Below, in pieces: positions 8,262 through 16,176 of a stretch of DNA of 36,643 nt. The notes beneath the pieces were generated by a model, which was given only the letters and a program-made list of their open reading frames with translations, had not been told where the DNA came from and made no database searches. How positions within the stretch are numbered: the first letter of the stretch is position 1; each line of letters starts with the position of its first letter. Source of the stretch: a virus; the IMG/VR virus record IMGVR_UViG_3300040801_001486, positions 1-36,643 of that record, one strand, 5' to 3'. Both the position numbers and the translations under genes were made by a program.

Positions 8262-8270
8262 TCCCCGCCC
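8249..8270 (+). terminator. Stable hairpin with a GNRA-type loop spanning the XRE stop codon
   Basis: GGGCGGGGA (8249..8257), loop GTAA, then TCCCCGCCC (8262..8270). This is a perfect 9-bp stem. No U-tract follows. Confidence 0.5.
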
Positions 8271-8292
8271 ACCCTTGGCAGGACGCGCGCCC

Positions 8293-8309
8293 TCGTTGTG
8301 GAAGGCTAG
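8293..8309 (+). promoter_or_regulatory. Conserved intergenic 17-mer TCGTTGTGGAAGGCTAG, copy 1
   Basis: Identical 17-mer at 19243..19259. Both copies are preceded by GCGCGCC and end 40-42 nt upstream of the next start codon. Confidence 0.5.
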
Positions 8310-8349
8310 AGCGCACGGCCTGCCCTCACGATACCGGAGGGCAAACCCT

Positions 8350-8541
8350 ATGTCCAACGACACCATCCTGACGGACTCCAACGCCCGTCAATACGTGATG
8401 CGAGACGGCGCGTACGTCCGCATCGACAACCACGCCGAAGACTTCACCGGCCCGCGTGTCCGCCCGCAGGACATCCCGCAGCCGCTTCACTACCGCATCC
8501 TGGACGCTCTGCTGTCGCTGGCCTGCAAGGCACGGTGGTAG
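8350..8541 (+). CDS. Hypothetical protein
   Basis: 63 aa from ATG 8350 with GGAGGG 8 nt upstream. In frame with track ORF 8191..8541. Confidence 0.6.
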   Translation: MSNDTILTDSNARQYVMRDGAYVRIDNHAEDFTGPRVRPQDIPQPLHYRILDALLSLACKARW

Positions 8542-8544
8542 TCG

Positions 8545-8883
8545 ATGAGCACCAACAACACCGCGAGCCGCCAGTATCCACTACTGCACGGTGACGCACC
8601 CGTCCACTTCGACGGCAAGACCTACGACGCTGAGCTGGATCTTGCACGCCTGACGACGTTGCAGGATCGCGTGCGGGGCCTGATGGCCGATGGCCAGTGG
8701 TGGAGCCTTCAGATGCTCCAGCACGCCCTTCGGCTGACGTACGGCCATCGGTACTCCGAAACGTCCATCAGTGCGCGTGTTCGTGATCTGCGCAAGCACA
8801 AGCACGGCGGACGGATCGTCGAGGCCAAGCGCGTCACGGGTGGCCTGTGGCACTACCGCATGCACCGGGAGGTGGTGCGATGA
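8545..8883 (+). CDS. Probable winged-helix DNA-binding protein
   Basis: 112 aa. The C-terminal SISARVRDLRKHKHGGRIVE…R resembles the recognition helix plus wing seen in small phage wHTH proteins. Confidence 0.55.
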   Translation: MSTNNTASRQYPLLHGDAPVHFDGKTYDAELDLARLTTLQDRVRGLMADGQWWSLQMLQHALRLTYGHRYSETSISARVRDLRKHKHGGRIVEAKRVTGGLWHYRMHREVVR

Positions 8884-9854
8884 GTCACACTATCCCGATC
8901 ACCCTACCAGACGGCACGACGCAGGACATCCCCGCCGAGTCCGTCGTCAACGCATCCACGGCCATGCTCGAGGCGATGCGACGCCCGCCCGCACTGCATC
9001 GTATTCAGATGATCCCCGTGCGCATCGACGTTGATCGTGACGCATCGCCGATCAAGGGCGGCCAAGTCTACGTGAAGCACCCGGCCCGCATGCGGATCGC
9101 TGCCGCTGCCGGGTGCCGGTTCGTGGGAGCGCCGCGCGTGTGGCGCGAGGCCGACGACGACGGCAAGGCGCGCACCGTGGCGTCGGTGACGATGAACCGC
9201 CCCGGCTTCGTGGACGAGCCTGTCACGCAAGTCGCGGACGGCATCGAAGACGAGCAGCCGAAGGCGCTGCAAGAGCACTTCACGGCCAAGCTCACGACGC
9301 GGGCCACGGCTCGTTGCCTGAAGGTTCTGCTCGGTGAGTCGTTCTTGTACGACCCGAACTACCTGCGCGAGCGCGGAGGGCTGTTCGTGTTCGCGTGCAT
9401 TCAGCCGGACATGGACGATCCGGACGTGCGTCAAGTGATGCTCGATCGTATGCGCGGGGCGTCTGGGGCTTTGTATGGCTCCCAGCCCCAGGCCCCTGCG
9501 TTGCCGCAAGGCGAGCCCGTGGACTTCGCGGCCATCCCCGCAGACATCGACGATCACCCGGAACCGGCGGCGGGCGAGCCGGAGGGCAATGGTGCGGCTC
9601 CGGCGAGCTTTACCGATCCGCCCGCCGCCGCTCCGGCGTGGTGGCGCAGCTTCGCCCGCGACAAGGCCAGCGGCGCGATCAACTGGGAGTCGTTGCCGCC
9701 CGCATCGGCTGAGAAGGCCGTGCGCGCGGGCATCCGTGAAGTGGACTACCCCCACGGAGACGATCCCGCCGGCGTCGTGAAGGCCGCGAAGGACGCCGAC
9801 TGGATCACCGCTGCCAAGCGCCTCTACGAGTTCGGAGGTGGTAGCGATGCGTAG
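8880..9854 (+). CDS. Hypothetical protein (recombination-module neighbour; function unknown)
   Basis: 324 aa from ATG 8880 (ATGA overlap). It has a Pro/acidic low-complexity central linker. It lies upstream of the Mre11-Rad50-like gene, but no SSAP motif was recognised. Confidence 0.65.
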   Translation: MSHTIPITLPDGTTQDIPAESVVNASTAMLEAMRRPPALHRIQMIPVRIDVDRDASPIKGGQVYVKHPARMRIAAAAGCRFVGAPRVWREADDDGKARTVASVTMNRPGFVDEPVTQVADGIEDEQPKALQEHFTAKLTTRATARCLKVLLGESFLYDPNYLRERGGLFVFACIQPDMDDPDVRQVMLDRMRGASGALYGSQPQAPALPQGEPVDFAAIPADIDDHPEPAAGEPEGNGAAPASFTDPPAAAPAWWRSFARDKASGAINWESLPPASAEKAVRAGIREVDYPHGDDPAGVVKAAKDADWITAAKRLYEFGGGSDA

Positions 9855-10137
9855 TCACTGGATGGCCGACGATACGCCTCTGGAGATCACCCCGACGTTG
9901 TACCGCGTCGAGCTGCGCGCCGTCGAGGCGGACGCGCGGACGGGCCGCATCCTTCAGTACCTGCAACACCTGTCCGGTGCGAACGGGCGGTGGCGGCTGG
10001 ATCAGGACACCGCCGCGCTGTTGGCATCGCACGAAGCTATGACGGTGCGCCGCCTGCTCGAGATCATCGAGAGCTTGGAGCGGATGAAGGCGCTGCATCG
10101 GATCGGTGAAGACACGCGAGGGGGGTGGCTGTTTTGA
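9847..10137 (+). CDS. Hypothetical protein, possible winged-helix
   Basis: 96 aa from ATG 9847, with GGAGGTGG upstream and an overlap with the preceding stop. The track lists an alternative GTG at 9838. Confidence 0.6.
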   Translation: MRSHWMADDTPLEITPTLYRVELRAVEADARTGRILQYLQHLSGANGRWRLDQDTAALLASHEAMTVRRLLEIIESLERMKALHRIGEDTRGGWLF

Positions 10138-13100
10138 AGATCCTCCACTTCGCAGACGTTCACTTCGACACCGGCACGCTGGACGATCTGTCCGCCCCGT
10201 GCCGCGAGATCGTTAGCTTGGCGAAGTCCGAACGGTTCGGCGCCATCGTGATCGCGGGCGACCTGACGACCCAGCGCGGCGTGATCTCCAACGCCGTCGC
10301 CGTCCACGCGCGCGCGTTCGTTTCTGAGCTGGCGCACATCGCGCCCGTGTTCGTTCTCGCGGGCAACCACGACCTGACCTTCAGGGACGGGGAGCCGAAC
10401 AACCTGCGGGCGATTCTGTCCGACCTGGATGGTGCGGTGTATCCGAACGTGAAGGTGATCGACCAGCCGGAGACGCACCTGGTGCGCGACGGTGCGCGCG
10501 AGATCGCCTTGCACTTCCTTCCGTACCCGAACCTGGCCATGTTCCACGCTGCCACAGGCGGCGCGGACTTTGAATCCGTCAACGATGCGCTGGCGGACGT
10601 CGTGAACGGGCTGGCATCGAAGGCTCTTCCCACTGCTTTCGATCTGCTCGTCTATCACGGCACGGTGGAGGGTGGCCGTACTGGCGACGAATCCGCGCCC
10701 GCGCTACGGACGCGCGGAGAGGACGTCGTGATCCCCACGGCCCTTCTCCGCAACTTCCACGGCGTTCTGTGCGGCCACCTTCACCACCCGCAGACGATCG
10801 ACTACGGCACCGGCCAGGCCGTCTATCCGGGCTGCGTCACGCCGTTGACGTTCGGTGAGCGCAGCATTGAGCCGGGCGTTGTGATCTGGACGATCGACGG
10901 CGAGACGATCGAGCACACGCGCCACCCGCTGCCCGTCGCGCATCAGCGGCTGCAAGCGGAGATCGGGCCGGACGACTGGGACGAAGGTGCCGATGCGGCC
11001 GTGAACCTGTCGCGGTGGATCTCGGCCCTGAGCCCGCCTCTCGGCCCGCCCTACGGATCACGCGTCAAGGTGAAGGCCACGCTCCCAAAGCAGCGCCTCG
11101 AGCTGCTGACGGCGGATCTGATCGACAGCGCGCGCAACCGTCACGGACTCGACCGGCTCGTCATCGAGCGGACACCGCTAGAGACGTCCAAGATCCGGCT
11201 GGGCGAAGGTGAGGATCGGGCCGCGCGTGTCAACGTCGTCGAATCGCTGGCCGCCTTCGGGGAGTACATCGAAGATCCGGCGTACGTCGAACACCTCCAG
11301 GACATCCAGCGCGTCGGGCGCGAGATCGAAGAGCAGATGGCGTCCGACTCATCGGACCCGCATTACCACTTCGAGCCCGTGGCGCTGGAGCTTCAGAACT
11401 ACAAGCAATTCGCCGACGTCTCGCTGGACTTTCATTCGCTACCGCGTCGGGCGGGCGTGCTCGGCCCAACTGGCGCGGGCAAGTCCAACCTGATCTTGGC
11501 GATCTATGCGGCGCTGTACGGCGGCAATCCGAAGGACGAGGCGGGCAAGGCCAAGACGTCGCTGGGTGACATGGTGCGCCGTGGCGAGCGTCAGGCGCGC
11601 GTGCGGCTGGACTTCGTGTCCGGCGGCGTGGACTACCGCATCACGCGCAACATCAAGGTGGACACCAGCGGGCGCGGTTCGTCGTCGCTTCACCTCGAGC
11701 GCATCGACGAGGGCCGGGCCGTCTCGCTGAACGCGGGCACGGCGCGGGACACGCAAGCAGTGATCGAGGCCCTCGTGGGGCCGCCCGAGCTTCATTGGCT
11801 GACTCGGCACCTACGCCAGCACGGCGTGAGCGTCGTGAAGATGACGGCAGCGGATCTCACCGACGCCATCAACGCCACCTTGCAACTGGACTTCGGTGCC
11901 CGGCTGGATCGTGCCAAGCAGATGCGCCGCGATGCGGTGGCCATTCGTGACACCGAACACGGGCGCATCGAGCAGCTCGGCGAGCAGATCGTCCCGCTGG
12001 ACACGATCGAGAAGCAAGAGAAGCACGCCCGCGCGCTGTTGGACAAAGCGTCCGGCATCGGTGCGATGGCGCACGCGAACATGGAAGGCGCACAGGCGGA
12101 CTATGACAAAGAACGCGAACACCTGGAACAGATCTCGGCGCGTCTGGCGACGTACGAGGATCGTGCGGCCCGTCTCGATGCTGTCGAAGACAAGATCCGG
12201 GGCGCTGAAGCTGAAGCCGCCGACGTCCACGCAAAGCTGGATACCCTCGCGCCTGCGGCAGATCTGGTGGCGTTGGAGGCTGCTGTTGCTGAGTGTCGAG
12301 ATCGCGAGACTCGGGCGCGCCATCAAGTCCACGGCGCGCGCGAAGCTCTAGCCGCGCACAACCTCGACGACGCGCAGACGTTCAACGGACTGAACGAATC
12401 GCGGCAGGCTGTGGCGAATAAGCGGGCGGAAGCACACCGCCTGATCCGTTCGCTTCAGACACGCATGGACGACATGGCGAAGCGCGCCGCGCTGCTCGAC
12501 GACGTGCCGTGCCGTGGTGATCGGTGGCACGATCCAGAGAACGGCGAGATGGACGGCGGCGCGTGCGCGTTGCTGGCCGATGCTGCAGAAGCTCGTGATC
12601 GGATCGCAACGATCAGCCGCGAGCTGGAGAAGGCGAAGGCCGATTACGAGGCCATCGAGGAGGACCATCAGGCCGCGCTTCGTGCGGTGGGCGAGCACAA
12701 AGCCGAAGCGCAGAAGATCCGCGACGGCTTGGAGTCCGAAGTGCGGGCTGCTGACGCGGCGGCATCTACGGCCGCCGATGCGTTGGCGCGGGCCGTGCGT
12801 GATCTTGATCGCGCGCGAGACGGCGAGAGTCTGAGGGGGCCTCTCGTTCAGCAGCTCGCACGCATCGAGCAACGCCTTACCGTCCTGCGTGAGCAGGCGG
12901 ACGGGCTGTCCGTGAATCGTGCGAACCTGGACGAGCACAGGCACGCCGTCCACATCCAGCGCGGCACCGTGCAGCGCCTTCAGCGTGAAGCGGAGAAGTG
13001 GCGCAACGAGATGATGGAGGCGCGCGAGCGCATCGCACGGCTAGAGGCGGATCTGGAGCAGCTCGACTTGGAGCGCATGCAACGGGATCGCGCCGTGCGT

Positions 13101-13667
13101 GATCTCGACGACGCCAAGCGGCGGCGGGACGAAGCCGAGCGACGGCGCGTGGCGCTGGACTACTACCGCCAAGCCGTTGATCGCGGCGGCATCCCTTCGC
13201 TGCTGCTCGAGCAACTCGCCCCGCAGCTTCAGGCCCGCGTGAATGACATCCTGTCGCCCGTGGGCCGTCAGATCCGCATCGACACCGAGCGCGTGACGAC
13301 GACGGGCCGCACGAAGACGGAAGTCACGTTGCGCTTGATGTCGCCGACGTCTGGCAACGAGTTCGTGCCGATCGCGGAGGCGTCGGGTGGCGAGGAGGAC
13401 TTGCTGAACATGGCGATGTCTGCCGGGCTGGCCCGCGTGGCGTCGGACATGAGTGGCGCGCCGCTGTCGTTCGTGGCCCTGGACGAGCCTGCGGCGGGCG
13501 TCAGTGAGTCGTTGCAGGCCGAGACGCTCGAAGTGATCGGCCGCGTTCACGAGCACGTCCAGCGTTCGCTGACGATCACGCATCGGCGCGATCTGGCAGC
13601 GGCCTTCGATGGCGTGATCGAAGTGCAGCAGAACGGCGCGGGCTCCACAGTGGAGGTGCAGCGGTAG
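10125..13667 (+). CDS. Single-polypeptide Mre11/SbcD nuclease - Rad50/SbcC ATPase fusion
   Basis: 1180 aa. The N-terminus carries calcineurin-like phosphoesterase motifs in order: HFADVH, AGDL, AGNHD, VYHG, CGHLHH. From about aa 447 there is a Walker A (GPTGAGKSN) and a long coiled coil. The C-terminus carries the signature SGGEED, Walker B FVALDEP and H-loop TITH. The start may be TTG 10134. Confidence 0.85.
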   Translation: MAVLKILHFADVHFDTGTLDDLSAPCREIVSLAKSERFGAIVIAGDLTTQRGVISNAVAVHARAFVSELAHIAPVFVLAGNHDLTFRDGEPNNLRAILSDLDGAVYPNVKVIDQPETHLVRDGAREIALHFLPYPNLAMFHAATGGADFESVNDALADVVNGLASKALPTAFDLLVYHGTVEGGRTGDESAPALRTRGEDVVIPTALLRNFHGVLCGHLHHPQTIDYGTGQAVYPGCVTPLTFGERSIEPGVVIWTIDGETIEHTRHPLPVAHQRLQAEIGPDDWDEGADAAVNLSRWISALSPPLGPPYGSRVKVKATLPKQRLELLTADLIDSARNRHGLDRLVIERTPLETSKIRLGEGEDRAARVNVVESLAAFGEYIEDPAYVEHLQDIQRVGREIEEQMASDSSDPHYHFEPVALELQNYKQFADVSLDFHSLPRRAGVLGPTGAGKSNLILAIYAALYGGNPKDEAGKAKTSLGDMVRRGERQARVRLDFVSGGVDYRITRNIKVDTSGRGSSSLHLERIDEGRAVSLNAGTARDTQAVIEALVGPPELHWLTRHLRQHGVSVVKMTAADLTDAINATLQLDFGARLDRAKQMRRDAVAIRDTEHGRIEQLGEQIVPLDTIEKQEKHARALLDKASGIGAMAHANMEGAQADYDKEREHLEQISARLATYEDRAARLDAVEDKIRGAEAEAADVHAKLDTLAPAADLVALEAAVAECRDRETRARHQVHGAREALAAHNLDDAQTFNGLNESRQAVANKRAEAHRLIRSLQTRMDDMAKRAALLDDVPCRGDRWHDPENGEMDGGACALLADAAEARDRIATISRELEKAKADYEAIEEDHQAALRAVGEHKAEAQKIRDGLESEVRAADAAASTAADALARAVRDLDRARDGESLRGPLVQQLARIEQRLTVLREQADGLSVNRANLDEHRHAVHIQRGTVQRLQREAEKWRNEMMEARERIARLEADLEQLDLERMQRDRAVRDLDDAKRRRDEAERRRVALDYYRQAVDRGGIPSLLLEQLAPQLQARVNDILSPVGRQIRIDTERVTTTGRTKTEVTLRLMSPTSGNEFVPIAEASGGEEDLLNMAMSAGLARVASDMSGAPLSFVALDEPAAGVSESLQAETLEVIGRVHEHVQRSLTITHRRDLAAAFDGVIEVQQNGAGSTVEVQR

Positions 13668-13928
13668 ATGGCGGGCAAGATACGCAAGTGGTCGCCCGAA
13701 TGGTGGGCGAATCTCGAGAAGCGATGTGAAGACGTGAAGGCGCGCAACAAGCAGCGGGACGGGCTGGCGCGATCGGCCGCCAACCTGGCCCGCGTGAACG
13801 ATCACCTCTATGCGCGCATCCGTGAGCTGCAAGATCGCAACGAGCAGAACCAACGCACGATCAACCGGCTTCAGCGCCAGCTCGCCGAGGCGCGGGCCAT
13901 CATCAACGTCCGAAGGGGTGTCGCGTGA
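13668..13928 (+). CDS. Hypothetical coiled-coil protein
   Basis: 86-aa ORF starting immediately after the stop of the preceding gene. Confidence 0.65.
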   Translation: MAGKIRKWSPEWWANLEKRCEDVKARNKQRDGLARSAANLARVNDHLYARIRELQDRNEQNQRTINRLQRQLAEARAIINVRRGVA

Positions 13929-14203
13929 GTGCTATCAGTCTGATCGACGACTTCAACGAGGCATTGGCCCAGCACCGCGAGAACGTGGCCGCGCTGGTGG
14001 CGGCTCAGCTTGCATACGAGCAGGCGCGCGCGCAGGCAGTGCAGACGGCCGATGGCAAGAACGCCGAAGTCCGCAAGGCGCAGGCCGACGCCATGTGCTG
14101 GGACGAATGGCAGACGTTGAAGCGGGCCGAGATCGAGGCGGACGAATCGCGGCACCGCCGGGACTTCCTGATCGCTTTGGCGCGCGGTGGAATCGCGGCC
14201 TGA
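13925..14203 (+). CDS. Hypothetical protein
   Basis: 92-aa ORF with a GTG start that overlaps the preceding stop (GTGA). Confidence 0.65.
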   Translation: MSAISLIDDFNEALAQHRENVAALVAAQLAYEQARAQAVQTADGKNAEVRKAQADAMCWDEWQTLKRAEIEADESRHRRDFLIALARGGIAA

Positions 14204-14210
14204 TCGAGTA

Positions 14211-14266
14211 GCCGGGCAGGCAAGTGGCTCTGTAGCCGCGCCTGAATCGTGATCGGCCTGCCCGGC
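14211..14266. repeat. 11-bp perfect inverted repeat with a nested small hairpin (intergenic)
   Basis: GCCGGGCAGGC (14211..14221) pairs with GCCTGCCCGGC (14256..14266). The 34-nt loop contains GGCT-CTGT-AGCC. Confidence 0.6.
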
Positions 14267-14280
14267 CGCACCTTGAACGG

Positions 14281-14730
14281 ATGGGAGTAGACGTGAACTT
14301 GAAGAGCTTGGCAGCCGGAATCGTAGTGGGCGGCGTCGTCGCCGTTGCACCGCTGCTGTACTTCGGCGAGTGGGGCCAGATCTTCGGCGCAGACGATCGA
14401 GTCACGAAGGAGATCCCCGGCACCGGCTTTCAGTGGATGCGCGGGACAGTGGATGGCGAACCTCGCGCCTCGATCCAGTTCAACGACGCCGCCTGGCTGC
14501 CGTGGTGGGTGCTCGAAGACCCTGACGCTCTGCGCGTTCTGGGCTGCAATCTGTACCCGTGCGACTACTACAATGGCGCAGGGACAACGGAGCGCGTGCT
14601 GTTCGTGCAGGTCGAGCCGTTCCGCGATGACGTGCTGAACGTCGCGCTTGCAGGATCGCCGACGGATCCGACGCGAACGCGCGCGATCCAGGTTCCGCGC
14701 GATCGGTGGGAGGCGGTGGTTCGGCGATGA
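14281..14730 (+). CDS. Membrane protein (one N-terminal TM helix), function unknown
   Basis: 149 aa with SLAAGIVVGGVVAVAPLLYF near the N-terminus. GTG 14293 is an alternative start with a better-placed GGGAG. Confidence 0.7.
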   Translation: MGVDVNLKSLAAGIVVGGVVAVAPLLYFGEWGQIFGADDRVTKEIPGTGFQWMRGTVDGEPRASIQFNDAAWLPWWVLEDPDALRVLGCNLYPCDYYNGAGTTERVLFVQVEPFRDDVLNVALAGSPTDPTRTRAIQVPRDRWEAVVRR

Positions 14731-15050
14731 GTCTTGACGTGTGGCTAAGGGCCAAACGACCGACAACGGTCCACAAGTTCAACATCACGCACAACCTGAA
14801 CGATATGGCACAAGCCTGCGGGCTCTACGAGGTCATGTGGCGACCCAAAGAGATCGGCGTCACAACGGCCGAACAGGCGATCCCCTTTTTGCGGAGTGGG
14901 ATCAAATGCCTGACGGAGCGCCGTGATGAGCTGCGCGCGTTGGAGCCGGACAACGGTTGGGGAACGTGGGAAAGCCTGTTCGACGCCGCCACCGGGTACC
15001 TTGCCGCCTGTCAGGAAAATCCTGATGCAGAGATCGAGGTGTGGCGATGA
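14727..15050 (+). CDS. Hypothetical protein
   Basis: 107 aa from ATG 14727 (ATGA overlap). In frame with track ORF 14706..15050. Confidence 0.7.
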   Translation: MSLDVWLRAKRPTTVHKFNITHNLNDMAQACGLYEVMWRPKEIGVTTAEQAIPFLRSGIKCLTERRDELRALEPDNGWGTWESLFDAATGYLAACQENPDAEIEVWR

Positions 15051-15277
15051 AGACGTATCAACCGAACGGCGATGGAACGTGCAGGCGATGCGGACGCGAC
15101 GTTGGCGCGCATGATGGCGGACACAAGTTCACGCTCATCAAAGGCCAGCCCTACGAGTGCGCGATGTGTGACGGCTGGCCCGATAATCCCATCCACGACG
15201 TCGGCCGCACGCTGCTGTGCCCGTCTGCAACTACTAACCTCGACCGCGTGACGGTCTACCCGAAGGGGGAGCGATGA
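15047..15277 (+). CDS. Small Cys/His protein with a CxxCG … DNPIHD motif
   Basis: 76 aa from ATG 15047 (ATGA overlap). It contains CRRCGRDVGAHDGGHKF and CAMCDGWPDNPIHD. The domain is shared with the 16443..16919 product. Confidence 0.7.
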   Translation: MKTYQPNGDGTCRRCGRDVGAHDGGHKFTLIKGQPYECAMCDGWPDNPIHDVGRTLLCPSATTNLDRVTVYPKGER

Positions 15278-15516
15278 GCCAGGCGAGCCCGTACACGCAC
15301 TACCTGATCGCGGTGGAGACGAACACCGCATGGAGCCAGACTGATTTCTACACGGCCTGCTCGCTCGAACGGAAGCGCGACAAGGTGTTCTACACATGCA
15401 GCGGCAACGTCACTTGGGAGCCGTGGGACATGTCCACGCGCCCCGCAGACGTGACCTGCCCACGCTGCAAGAAGACCGCCCGCTACAAGGACACGATCGG
15501 GGGCAGCGATGAGTGA
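15274..15516 (+). CDS. Hypothetical small protein (ends GGSDE)
   Basis: 80 aa with an ATGA overlap. It contains CPRC near the C-terminus. Confidence 0.7.
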   Translation: MSQASPYTHYLIAVETNTAWSQTDFYTACSLERKRDKVFYTCSGNVTWEPWDMSTRPADVTCPRCKKTARYKDTIGGSDE

Positions 15517-15718
15517 CCCTAGGGTGCCGAGTTGGATGCGATGGCAGGAAGGCATCCATCCGAACATGGTTTGGGAGCACTGCCACCACGACGACCCTGA
15601 CTTCGTGTCATACCAGCAGGGCGCAAGGACTGCGGTAATCGAAGGAAGGTTGACCGCCAGGCAACTCCGCGATCTCGCCAAGTTGATCGACTCGTGCCGG
15701 GGGGACAGTGATGAGTAA
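15509..15718 (+). CDS. Hypothetical small protein (ends GDSDE)
   Basis: 69 aa. Its start lies in an 8-nt overlap (ATGAGTGA) with the upstream gene. Confidence 0.7.
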   Translation: MSDPRVPSWMRWQEGIHPNMVWEHCHHDDPDFVSYQQGARTAVIEGRLTARQLRDLAKLIDSCRGDSDE

Positions 15719-15941
15719 CCCGAAAGCAATTGCGGAAGCCATCTACGACAGGGTTCGCGTGCAACATCGTTACGCGCCGGACACGATTTCGACCGTCGGC
15801 TTCATTGAAGCCGTGGCCGACGTCATTCGTGAAGAGCTGCCATCGGCCGTCTCCCACATTCACATCACGGAGCGGGAGCTGGTTCAGGCCGTAGTGTCGT
15901 TGCGGCTTCGGCGAACGCGGGAAGGGCAGGGCGATGACTGA
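15711..15941 (+). CDS. Hypothetical small protein, tandem-array paralog (ends GQGDD)
   Basis: 76 aa from ATG 15711 (8-nt overlap ATGAGTAA). Its segment FIEAVADVIREELP parallels IVSAVERILREAMP of the next gene. Confidence 0.7.
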   Translation: MSNPKAIAEAIYDRVRVQHRYAPDTISTVGFIEAVADVIREELPSAVSHIHITERELVQAVVSLRLRRTREGQGDD

Positions 15942-16176
15942 CCTCCGCAAGCTGGCCACGCAGATCGTCCTAGAGACGGGCCTTGACAGGAGTGTGCCCA
16001 CGTTCTCGCACATCGTGTCGGCGGTCGAACGCATCCTCCGCGAAGCCATGCCCGGCGACTACTGGCAGCACAAAGCAAATGCCGCGCTGTACTACAACGA
16101 GTGTATCAACGCGCACAAGGTCATCCGCCGGTTGCAGCGCAAGATCGCGAGGTTGGAAGGGGGCGACGATGACTGA
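15934..16176 (+). CDS. Hypothetical small protein, tandem-array paralog (MTDLRKLA…; ends GGDDD)
   Basis: 80 aa with an 8-nt overlap (ATGACTGA). The first 24 nt are 22/24 identical to the start of 16443..16919. Confidence 0.7.
   Translation: MTDLRKLATQIVLETGLDRSVPTFSHIVSAVERILREAMPGDYWQHKANAALYYNECINAHKVIRRLQRKIARLEGGDDD

Noticed and set aside
7848-8381. 177-aa minus-strand ORF crossing the switch region and the XRE gene
   Set aside because: It is antisense to a textbook XRE HTH gene and runs through the promoter region. Its composition is Arg/Gly/Ala-rich with no motif.
8904-9755. 283-aa minus-strand ORF, plus similar ones at 10002..10658, 13041..13853, 17886..18725, 18780..19541, 24870..25766, 27349..28185 and 29589..30497
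   Set aside because: Each is antisense to a + strand ORF that has motifs and/or coupled start/stop junctions. All have the Arg-rich antisense signature.
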